DNA of 64,000 nt from assembly GCA_007127715.1 (NCBI GenBank), contig SKYU01000003.1, forward strand, positions 2,507-66,506, given 5' to 3'. Positions 28,271 to 36,242 of the stretch are shown here, piece by piece. The notes below the pieces were generated by a model. That model saw nothing but the letters and a program-made list of their open reading frames with translations. It was not told the origin of the DNA and ran no database searches. Within the stretch, counting starts at the first letter, position 1, and each line of letters opens with the position of its first letter. The position numbers and the translations under genes were made by a program. This stretch comes from Gammaproteobacteria bacterium. GTDB taxonomy: Bacteria; Pseudomonadota; Gammaproteobacteria; Steroidobacterales; PWYM01.

Positions 28271-29455
28271 ATGAGCCTCGATTTCTCGCGCCTGCGGGTG
28301 CTCGACTTCGGCCGTTATGTCGCGGGCCCCTACTGCGCCACGCTGCTCGGCTACCTTGGCGCCGAGGTCATCCGGATCGAGAAACTTGACGGGGGCGAGG
28401 ACCGTTACATCGCCCCACTGGCCGAGACCGGCGAGGGCGGGGTGTTCCTGCAGACCGGATGCAACAAGCGCGGCATGACCCTGAACCCGCTGAAGCCACA
28501 GGGCCGGGAAATTCTCGCGCGGCTGGTGGCCACGGCCGACGTGGTCGTGGCCAACCTCACGCCCGCCGGCCTGGTACGGATGGGTCTGGACCATGACAGC
28601 CTGCGGGCCATCCGGCCGGATATCATCCTCACCACGCAGACCGCCTTCGGCGCCGAAGGGCCCGATGCCGAGCGTGGCGGATTCGATGGCGTCGGCCAGG
28701 CCATGTCGGGCGCGATGTACATGACCGGCACACCCGGTCAACCGGCCAAGGCGGCCGCGCCCTACGTGGATTACGCCACCGCGGTCCTCTCGGCCTTCGG
28801 CACGCTCGCCGCGCTGGTCCACCGCGAGCGCACCGGCGAAGGTCAGCACGTCGAGGCCTCGCTGCTCGGCACGGCCCTGGCGGTGTTCAACTCCCATCTC
28901 ATCGAGCAGGGCGTGGCCGCACCGGACCGCCGGCCCACCGGCAACCGGGTACAGACCTCGGCGCCCTCGGATGTGTTCTCCACCCGCGACGGCCATGTCC
29001 TCACCCACACCGTCGGCAACGGCCTGTTCCGGCGCTGGTGCGAACTGGTGGGCGAGCCCGGATGGATCACCGATCCGCGCTTTGCCACCGACCAGGGGCG
29101 CGGCGATCACCGCGACCTCATCTGCGCACGCATGGCCGAGTGGTGCGCCGGACGCAGCACCGCCGAGGCGCTCGAAGCGCTCGGGCGCGCAGGCATCCCC
29201 TGCGGACCGGTGATGGACCTGCAGCAGGCGCTGGACAATCCCCAGGTGGCGGCAATGGGCTGGCTGCAGGGCGTGTCGTTTCCCGGACTGCCTCGGCCGG
29301 CGCCGGTCGCCGACCTCCCGGTGAAGTTCTCCTCGCTGCCCGCTGGCATCCGCCAGGCGCCACCACGCCTTGGCGAACACACCGAGGCGATCCTCGCCGA
29401 GCTCGGCTACGGCGAGGACGAGATCGCTGCGCTGCGGGCCGCACGCGTCGTCTAG
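28271..29455 (+). CDS. Family III CoA-transferase (CaiB/BaiF-like)
   Basis: LRVLDFGRYVAGPYCATLLGYLGAEVIRIE...NKRGMTLN is the typical family III N-terminus. 394 aa. Confidence 0.92.
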   Translation: MSLDFSRLRVLDFGRYVAGPYCATLLGYLGAEVIRIEKLDGGEDRYIAPLAETGEGGVFLQTGCNKRGMTLNPLKPQGREILARLVATADVVVANLTPAGLVRMGLDHDSLRAIRPDIILTTQTAFGAEGPDAERGGFDGVGQAMSGAMYMTGTPGQPAKAAAPYVDYATAVLSAFGTLAALVHRERTGEGQHVEASLLGTALAVFNSHLIEQGVAAPDRRPTGNRVQTSAPSDVFSTRDGHVLTHTVGNGLFRRWCELVGEPGWITDPRFATDQGRGDHRDLICARMAEWCAGRSTAEALEALGRAGIPCGPVMDLQQALDNPQVAAMGWLQGVSFPGLPRPAPVADLPVKFSSLPAGIRQAPPRLGEHTEAILAELGYGEDEIAALRAARVV

Positions 29456-29493
29456 CATCCGGTGCATCGTCGCCCCAGGGGTCGTCACTGGAT

Positions 29494-30408
29494 TCAGACG
29501 GCGCTGACGCGATAGCCCATGCGCGGGAAATGCACGGCAAGCCGTCCGAGCTCAGGCGTCTCCCGCAGCACCACGACCTCATCGACATCCAGCACCAGCA
29601 GCTCGCCCTCGACGGGATCACGCCCGTAGTCATCGGCGGCGATGCTGACCCGCTGACCCGCACTCAGGCCGAGCGGATCGTCCGGATCCACCCGCGGCTC
29701 GCCCAGCGGCTCGGCCTCGCGTGCCTCGGCCCAGGCCTGCTCGGCCGTGATGGTCTCGCGCTCGCCATGGCCAAGCACCGCAACCCGGGCCTCCCAGTCG
29801 GGCAGACGCGCGAACGGCGCGAGGATCTCGCCCGCGTTCGCCAGAAACCCGCGCGCCATCCACAACGGAAAGTAGGCGCAGATGTCGGCCCAGCCCGGGG
29901 CGGCCCCGGTAACGAAATCCCGGCCATCGGCCAGCTGCCGATCGACCAGGCTGGCCTGGGCGCGAAGCTGGGTCAGCAGATGCGGGATCTCCTGGTCCAG
30001 CCGATCGAAATCCATGAATTCGAAAAACGCCTTCCGGTCCGCGAGCAGTGGCTCGGGCAGCTCGTCGTTCATTCCCATTGACAGCCCGGCACCCGGTTCG
30101 AAAAACGCGGTATCGCTCCAGTGTGACAGGGCCAGCCCCAGACCCGTGTCGCCGGTCGGGAACAGCGTGGGCACCGGCTGCCACTGCTCGAGCGCCTGGA
30201 CGATCCGCCGGGTGTCGCAGAAGATATCCGCCCCGAGCTGCATCACCGGGGTCTTGCGGTAGCCCCCGGTCAGGCCGGTCAACATCGGCTTCGGCATGAT
30301 CATGGGGATCTCCACCGAACGCCAGGCGAGCCCCTTGAGGCCCAATGCCAGCCGGGCTTTCTCCGCGAAAGGCGAGAGGTCGAAATGGTGCAGAATCGGC
30401 GTCGGCAT
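29494..30408 (-). CDS. Glutathione S-transferase family protein with a C-terminal extension
   Basis: Start at MPTPILHHFDLSPFAEKARLALGLKG (thioredoxin-like GST N-domain with SPF). About 90 extra C-terminal residues. Confidence 0.8.
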   Translation of the reverse strand: MPTPILHHFDLSPFAEKARLALGLKGLAWRSVEIPMIMPKPMLTGLTGGYRKTPVMQLGADIFCDTRRIVQALEQWQPVPTLFPTGDTGLGLALSHWSDTAFFEPGAGLSMGMNDELPEPLLADRKAFFEFMDFDRLDQEIPHLLTQLRAQASLVDRQLADGRDFVTGAAPGWADICAYFPLWMARGFLANAGEILAPFARLPDWEARVAVLGHGERETITAEQAWAEAREAEPLGEPRVDPDDPLGLSAGQRVSIAADDYGRDPVEGELLVLDVDEVVVLRETPELGRLAVHFPRMGYRVSAV

Positions 30409-30490
30409 GCAGGCTCCCCCCGGGTCCATATCGCCGTGATGATCGGCGGGCCGCCGATGCCGCGCGAGTATCGCACGGCGCCCCCCAAAA

Positions 30491-30508
30491 AAACAGTCAG
30501 GCTTGTTT
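30491..30508 (+). promoter_or_regulatory. Operator site S2 (AAACAGTCAGGCTTGTTT) plus promoter of the Rieske-oxygenase/thiolase operon
   Basis: Intergenic position. After 20 nt comes a consensus -10 TATAAT (30529..30534), with TTTCTT at -35 spacing. The downstream GCGCCC..CCCTAT block is shared with site S3. Confidence 0.7.
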
Positions 30509-30684
30509 CTTTTGGAGCGCCCTGTCCCTATAATCGAGACAAGTCATTGCCGTGCGAGCACGTCGCCGCCGATGACAGCACTTCGTTTCCGCATCCTCGA
30601 TGTCGGGACGATGGGGACAGGGACGTCCCGACTCCGCCACGTGCGGCCATTCGTGATCAGCCTGAAACCGGGACGCAGACCACC

Positions 30685-31896
30685 ATGGAAGCAGCGATTA
30701 CCGACTATCTCCGCGAGGGCATGGCGTACGAGCGCAGCCGCTCGGGCCCGCCGGATCATTTCCCGCAGCTGCCGGACATTCCCGGCGGCCGCTATGTCGA
30801 CCCCGAATTCCTGGCCCTGGAGCAGGCGGGGCTGTGGAAGCGCGCCTGGCTGTACGCTGCCCACAGCGACGAGCTCCCGGAGCCTGGCAGCTTTCTGCTG
30901 TTCACGCGCACGGGCAGCCCGATCTTCCTCATCCGCGGGAAAGACAGCAAGGTGCGCGCGTTCTACAACACCTGCCGCCACCGTGGCGGCCCGCTGGTGA
31001 AGGAGGCCTGCGGCCATACCCGCGGACTGGTCTGCGGCTACCATGGCTGGACCTACGATTTCGAGGGTCGACTCGTGAACCTGCGCGACAAGCGCGACTT
31101 CGTCGGCCTGGATGCGAGCCAGCGCTCGCTGGTGGAAGTACGCTGCGAGCAGCTGGGCAACTGGATCTTCATCAACGAGGACCCCGAAGCCGAGCCCCTG
31201 CTCGAGCACCTCGGGCCCATCCCGGCATATTTCCAGCAGTATGACATCGACAACATCCGTTTCGTCGAGAAACACGGCTTTGACGTCGAGTGCAACGTCA
31301 AGGTGCTGATGGACGCATTTCTCGAGGTCTACCACCTCAAGTCCATCCATCAGAACACCGTGGACCGTTTCCTCGACCATCGTGGCTCGAAGATCGTGCT
31401 GTGGAAGAACGGCCACTCGCTGATGCTCACGCCCAACCGCCGGCCGGACTGGGTCGATCCGGGCACCGTGGGCATGCAGCAGATCCCCTCGGTCGACGAG
31501 CTGTTCGCGAAGAACAACCCGTCGTTCAACCTCTATCCGAACCTGGTCACCCCGATGGCCGACTCCGGCATGCCGTTTCTGCTGTTCTGGCCGACCGGAC
31601 CGCGATCCATGCACATCGAGGTCCACTGGTTCGCGCCCGACTGGGGCGATGGCGAGCCGCCTGCCCTGTGGGAGACCCGCATCAGCAACTTCGACCGCAT
31701 CCTCGAAGAGGACACGCAGTTCGCGCCACAGATCCAGAACTCGGTCGAGTCCCCAGGGTTCAAGGGCATGCCGCTGAATTACCAGGAGCGGCGGATCTAC
31801 CACTGGCATGAGGAGCTCGATCGACGTATTGGCCGCGACCGCGTGCCCGCGTCGCTGCGGGTCGAACCCGTGCTGCACGATTTCATCGAGGGCTGA
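30685..31896 (+). CDS. Rieske non-heme iron oxygenase, alpha subunit (no beta subunit adjacent)
   Basis: Start at MEAAITDYL (403 aa). Rieske motif CRHRGGPLV...CGYHGWTY. Iron ligands in EVYHLKSIH. Confidence 0.9.
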   Translation: MEAAITDYLREGMAYERSRSGPPDHFPQLPDIPGGRYVDPEFLALEQAGLWKRAWLYAAHSDELPEPGSFLLFTRTGSPIFLIRGKDSKVRAFYNTCRHRGGPLVKEACGHTRGLVCGYHGWTYDFEGRLVNLRDKRDFVGLDASQRSLVEVRCEQLGNWIFINEDPEAEPLLEHLGPIPAYFQQYDIDNIRFVEKHGFDVECNVKVLMDAFLEVYHLKSIHQNTVDRFLDHRGSKIVLWKNGHSLMLTPNRRPDWVDPGTVGMQQIPSVDELFAKNNPSFNLYPNLVTPMADSGMPFLLFWPTGPRSMHIEVHWFAPDWGDGEPPALWETRISNFDRILEEDTQFAPQIQNSVESPGFKGMPLNYQERRIYHWHEELDRRIGRDRVPASLRVEPVLHDFIEG

Positions 31897-31899
31897 GGC

Positions 31900-33342
31900 T
31901 TGGGCGCCGGCATTCTCGGATGGGGCGCCTATATCCCGCTGCTGCGGCTGCCGCGCGAGCGCATTGTCGAGCACACCGCCTGGCTGAACCCGGGGCTGCG
32001 TGCCCAGGGGCGGGGTGAGCGGGCGATCTGCAACTGGGACGAGGATGCCCTGACCATGGCCGTGGAGGCCGCACGCGACTGCCTGCAGGGCAGGCGCCCG
32101 ACTCTGGCGGAGCTCCAGCTCGCCTCCACCACCCTGCCCTTCGCCGATCGCAGCAACGCCGGCATGCTCGCTGCGGCACTCGATCTCGACGAATCGGTGG
32201 CCACGCTCGAGAGCGGCGGCAGCCTGCGCTGCGCCACCTCCAGCCTGCTCAGCCGCCTTCGTGCCGGCGCCGGCGCCGGCGAATGCCTCGTCGTGGCCTC
32301 CGAGCACAGGCTGGCGCGTCCGGGCAGCGGCGGCGAGCTGCGTTACGGTGATGCCGCCACCGCACTGCACCTCGGCGACGGCGATGATGTGGTGGCCCGT
32401 TTCCTGGGCGGCGCCACCATGGCCCGGGACCTGGTCGATCACTACCGCGCGAGCGACAGCCGCTACGACTATGCACTCGAGGAGCGCTGGATTCGGGACG
32501 AAGGCTACTTCAAGCTTGTCCCGGAGGTCTGTACGCAGGCCCTGGCCGACGCGGGACTGGAGGCCGCCGACGTGGACACGCTGGTCTTCCCCGGGCCCGT
32601 GCGGGTCGGCCAGGCACTGTGCAGGCGCCTGGGCATCGAGGCCGACGCGCTGGCTGACGATCTTGCTGGCCGCTGTGGCCACGCGGGCAGTGCCCACCCG
32701 CTGCTGATGCTGGCCCACGTACTGGAACAGGCTCGCCCGGAGCAGGTGATCCTGGTGCTCGGCTTCGGCCAGGGGGCAGACGCCCTGCTGTTCCGCGTCA
32801 CCGAGGCCATCGCGGCCCGACGACCGGCACTCGGGGTCCATGGCCACCTCGCGCTGCGCCGGGAGGAAACCCACTACCTGCGTTACCTGTCGTTCACCGG
32901 CCAGATCGGGATCGACTGGGGCGCGCGCGCCGAGCACGACAAGCGGACCGCCCAGTCGACCGCGTTCCGCAAACGCCGCGCGGTGACCGCTTTCGTGGGC
33001 GGCCGCTGCAGCGCCTGCGGTACCGCGCAGTTTCCGCGGACCCGTGCCTGCGTCCACTGCGGCGCGATCGACACCCAGGAAGAACATCGTTTCGCCGACA
33101 GCCGTGCGAAAGTGAAGTCCTACACCGAGGACTGGCAGGCACACTCGCCCGCCCCGCCATTGATGTACGGCAGCGTGAGCTTCGCCGAGGGAGGCAGCCT
33201 GATGATGGAGTTCACCGACTTCGCTCCCGGGGAGATCGCCGTCGGGACGCCACTGCGCATGGTGTTCCGCATCAAGGACGTCGATGAGAAGCGCGGCTTC
33301 ACCCGGTATTTCTGGAAGCCGGCTCCGGCACGGAGCGCCTGA
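31900..33342 (+). CDS. HMG-CoA-synthase/KAS-III-like thiolase-fold domain fused to DUF35 (zinc ribbon + OB fold)
   Basis: TTG start 7 nt after GAGGG. The N-terminus GILGWGAYIPLLRL is typical of the HMGCS-like family. The C-terminus carries CSACGTAQFPRTRACVHCG followed by an OB-fold-like segment. Confidence 0.75.
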   Translation: MGAGILGWGAYIPLLRLPRERIVEHTAWLNPGLRAQGRGERAICNWDEDALTMAVEAARDCLQGRRPTLAELQLASTTLPFADRSNAGMLAAALDLDESVATLESGGSLRCATSSLLSRLRAGAGAGECLVVASEHRLARPGSGGELRYGDAATALHLGDGDDVVARFLGGATMARDLVDHYRASDSRYDYALEERWIRDEGYFKLVPEVCTQALADAGLEAADVDTLVFPGPVRVGQALCRRLGIEADALADDLAGRCGHAGSAHPLLMLAHVLEQARPEQVILVLGFGQGADALLFRVTEAIAARRPALGVHGHLALRREETHYLRYLSFTGQIGIDWGARAEHDKRTAQSTAFRKRRAVTAFVGGRCSACGTAQFPRTRACVHCGAIDTQEEHRFADSRAKVKSYTEDWQAHSPAPPLMYGSVSFAEGGSLMMEFTDFAPGEIAVGTPLRMVFRIKDVDEKRGFTRYFWKPAPARSA

Positions 33343-33343
33343 C

Positions 33344-34549
33344 ATGGCCCGCGGCATCCGCGACAAGGTGGCGATCATCGGCATGGGCTGCTCACGCTTC
33401 GGTGAGCGCTGGGACTGCGGGCATGAGGACCTGATGGTCGAGGCCTATGCCGAGGCGATCGCCGATGCCGGTATCGACAAGGCCGATCTCGACGCTGCGT
33501 GGCTGGGCGTGTTCTTCGACGAGCAGAACACCGGCAAGTCGGCGCTGCCCCTGTCGATGGCGCTGCGCCTGCCGAACATCCCCGTCACACGCGTGGAGAA
33601 CCTCTGCGCTACCGGTACCGAGGCCCTGCGCGGCGCCGCCTATGCCGTGGCCGCCGGTGCCTGTGACATCGCCCTCGCCATGGGCGTGGAGAAACTCAAG
33701 GATACGGGCTACTCGGGCCTGCCCGAGCGCACCAAGGGGACGTTCGAGGATCTCTATCTGCCGAACAGCACCGCGCCCGGCGCCTTTGCCCAGCTTGCCA
33801 GCGCCTATGCCAACCGTCACGGCGTCCCCATGGACGACCTCAAGCGCGCCATGGCCCACATCTCGTGGAAAAGCCACCAGAACGCCCGAACCAACCCCAA
33901 GGCGCATCTGCGCAACACCCCGTCGATCGAGGACATCCTGAACGCACCGATGGTCTCCTACCCGCTCGGCACCTATGACTGCTGCGGCGTGAGCGACGGC
34001 GCGGCATGTGCCATCGTCACGACCCCGGAGATCGCCCGCAGCCTCGGGCGCCACGACGACCTCGTCACCATCAAGGCCCTGCAGCTGGCGCCGTCCAACG
34101 GCGTGGAGATGGGTCACGATGCCTGGGACGGCAGTCACACCATCACCACGCCGCTGGCCGCGAAGCGGGCCTATGAAGAGGCCGGTATCCGCGATCCGCG
34201 TCGGGATCTCGACCTCATCGAGGTACATGACTGCTTCTCGGTCACCGAACTGGTGATCATGGAGGACCTCGGACTCTCGCCACCGGGCGGAGCCATTCGC
34301 GACGTGCTCGACGGCGTCTATGACGCCGACGGCGAGGTGCCCTGCCAGATCGACGGCGGCCTGAAGTGCTTCGGCCATCCCATTGGCGCGTCGGGGCTGC
34401 GCATGGTCTACGAAATCTACCTGCAGCTGCTCGGTCGCGCCGGTGACCGCCAGCTGTCGAATCCAAAACTGGGACTGACGCACAACCTCGGCGGCATCCC
34501 GATTCGCAACGTGGCAGCCATCTCCGTGATCGGCCTGCACGGTGCCTGA
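33344..34549 (+). CDS. SCP2/Ltp-type thiolase (thiolase-like lipid-transfer protein family)
   Basis: The ATG lies 1 nt after the upstream stop. VAIIGMGCSRFGE...VENLCATGTEALRGAAYAV (active-site Cys) and ...GHPIGASGLRM are present. Confidence 0.9.
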   Translation: MARGIRDKVAIIGMGCSRFGERWDCGHEDLMVEAYAEAIADAGIDKADLDAAWLGVFFDEQNTGKSALPLSMALRLPNIPVTRVENLCATGTEALRGAAYAVAAGACDIALAMGVEKLKDTGYSGLPERTKGTFEDLYLPNSTAPGAFAQLASAYANRHGVPMDDLKRAMAHISWKSHQNARTNPKAHLRNTPSIEDILNAPMVSYPLGTYDCCGVSDGAACAIVTTPEIARSLGRHDDLVTIKALQLAPSNGVEMGHDAWDGSHTITTPLAAKRAYEEAGIRDPRRDLDLIEVHDCFSVTELVIMEDLGLSPPGGAIRDVLDGVYDADGEVPCQIDGGLKCFGHPIGASGLRMVYEIYLQLLGRAGDRQLSNPKLGLTHNLGGIPIRNVAAISVIGLHGA

Positions 34550-34579
34550 CTCCGCACGCTTGACCAGGGGACACACGCG

Positions 34580-35479
34580 ATGACCACCATGAAGGCCACG
34601 CCCATCAAAGAAGAGCCGACACGTCGCTGGGGCTTCACCGACGAGGAGCTCGCCTCACGGCCGACCGTCTACCGTGACGATCTGCTCGCCGACCAGGTGT
34701 TCATCGTCTCCGGCGGCGGCAGCGGGCTGGGTCGCGCCATGACCTTCCTGCTCTCGCGCCTGGGCGCCCGGGTGATGATCTGCGGACGGCGCGAGGAGAA
34801 GCTGGAGGACTGCCGCGAGGCGGTGGCGCGACTGATCCCCGGCAGCGAGGTCGCCACCACCGCGATGACCATTCGTGATCCCGAGCAGGTCGACGCGCTG
34901 GTCGAGCGGACCTGGCATGAATTCGGACGGCTCGATGGCATCGTCAACAACGGGGGTGGACAGTTTCCGCAGGCCGCGATCGACTTCAGCGTCAAGGGCT
35001 GGAATGCGGTGATCGACACCAACCTCAACGGCACCTGGTACATGATGCAGTCGGCTGCCCGCCGCTGGCGAGATGAGCAGCGACCGGGGAGCATCGTCAA
35101 CATCGTCGCACTGGTGCACCGGGGAATGCCCCAGGTGGCACACACCTGCGCCGCCCGTGCAGGTGTGGTGTATCTGTCAAAGACCGTTGCGGTGGAGTGG
35201 GCGCCGCTGGATATCCGCGTGAACTGCGTGGCGCCGGGGTCGGTGGAGACCGAGGGATTCAACGTCTACCCGCCTGCGGCGGCGGAGGCGTTCCGTTACT
35301 CCAACCCTCTGCATCGGCTGGGCGACGCCTACGACATCGCCGAGGCGGTCGTCTACCTGCTGGCACCCTCGGGCAAGTTTGTCACCGGCGAGGTGCTGAC
35401 GGTGGACGGCGGCGGTCAGCAGTGGGGCGATGTCTGGCCAGCCGGCATCCCGGACTATTTCCGTATCCCGGAGCGTTGA
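34580..35479 (+). CDS. SDR-family oxidoreductase (enoyl/dienoyl-CoA reductase-like)
   Basis: VSGGGSGLGRAM cofactor motif and NNGGGQF block. Resembles PECR / 2,4-dienoyl-CoA reductase-type SDRs. Confidence 0.88.
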   Translation: MTTMKATPIKEEPTRRWGFTDEELASRPTVYRDDLLADQVFIVSGGGSGLGRAMTFLLSRLGARVMICGRREEKLEDCREAVARLIPGSEVATTAMTIRDPEQVDALVERTWHEFGRLDGIVNNGGGQFPQAAIDFSVKGWNAVIDTNLNGTWYMMQSAARRWRDEQRPGSIVNIVALVHRGMPQVAHTCAARAGVVYLSKTVAVEWAPLDIRVNCVAPGSVETEGFNVYPPAAAEAFRYSNPLHRLGDAYDIAEAVVYLLAPSGKFVTGEVLTVDGGGQQWGDVWPAGIPDYFRIPER

Positions 35480-35488
35480 ACCGACCCG

Positions 35489-36127
35489 TCAGCGCCGCCG
35501 CCGTGATGGCGGAGGATCTTCGTCGCCGTAGGGGTTGTAACCGCGTTCCCGGCGTTCCCGGGGATCGATCCCGCTGCTCCCGGCACCTTGACGCGCCTTG
35601 CTGGGCCCGCTGCGCAGTGCCCAGGCCCACACGTCCCCCTCGGCCTCTCCATGACGCCGCCCACGTGGACCATGACCCGAGAGGCTGTCGTAGGGATTGG
35701 TGCCGGCGTCGGCAGGCTGCGCGAGAGACAGGGTCTGCAGGGCCCAGTCTTCAGGGCCCGGCATCTTTTGCGCTACAGGCTCCGGGGCAGTCCGACCATG
35801 GTCAGCAGCCTCGGCAGCGTTCGCAGCCTCCCTGGCCTGCTGCTGGCGAGCCACCTCACCACTGACGACGGTCAGGTCGCGCTGCTCGAGCGGCTCATCG
35901 AGACTGAGGGCCGGGTTATCCAGCCGGCGAAGCAGCAGGGTGGTTTCCTCAAGATCGAACGCGCCGGTGCTGGTGTTCCACTCCCACACCGCACCCCCAT
36001 GGCGGAAGGTCACCTTGCCGGCATCGCTGTCACGGACAGAACGCGTGCTGGCGGCGGCGTCTCCCACTCGATCATCCGACGCTGATCGCGCCCTCGGCGG
36101 TTTGCCCGGCGGTGCTCTTTCGCTCAT
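35489..36127 (-). CDS. Hypothetical protein (low-complexity, repeated LSL...NPY[DG] motifs)
   Basis: Start chosen at MSERAPPGKPP (212 aa). No recognisable domain. Contains LSLDEP, LSLAQPADAGTNPYDS and GYNPYGD. The coding call rests on ORF length and position only. Confidence 0.4.
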   Translation of the reverse strand: MSERAPPGKPPRARSASDDRVGDAAASTRSVRDSDAGKVTFRHGGAVWEWNTSTGAFDLEETTLLLRRLDNPALSLDEPLEQRDLTVVSGEVARQQQAREAANAAEAADHGRTAPEPVAQKMPGPEDWALQTLSLAQPADAGTNPYDSLSGHGPRGRRHGEAEGDVWAWALRSGPSKARQGAGSSGIDPRERRERGYNPYGDEDPPPSRRRR

Positions 36128-36194
36128 GACCTGCCCCGCCTCACGTATTGACGGGGGACATGGGTAACAGACAAACGCGCGGAGAGTCAACCTG

Positions 36195-36234
36195 ACGTGC
36201 CCCGGGGTGGCGCGAGCCGCCCCCCGGGGCACGT
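36195..36234 (-). terminator. Strong GC stem-loop immediately after the TonB-dependent receptor stop (no U-tract)
   Basis: ACGTGCCCCGGGG-N14-CCCCGGGGCACGT, a perfect 13-bp stem, begins 8 nt after the stop at 36243. Confidence 0.5.
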
Positions 36235-36242
36235 TCTGCAGA

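Noticed and set aside
27380-29488. 702-aa minus-strand ORF
   Set aside because: It is antisense to two well-supported plus-strand genes (the alpha/beta-fold protein and the family III CoA-transferase). No motifs are present.
30544-33384. 946-aa minus-strand ORF
   Set aside because: It is antisense to the Rieske oxygenase and HMGCS-like::DUF35 genes. The composition is typical of GC-driven spurious ORFs.
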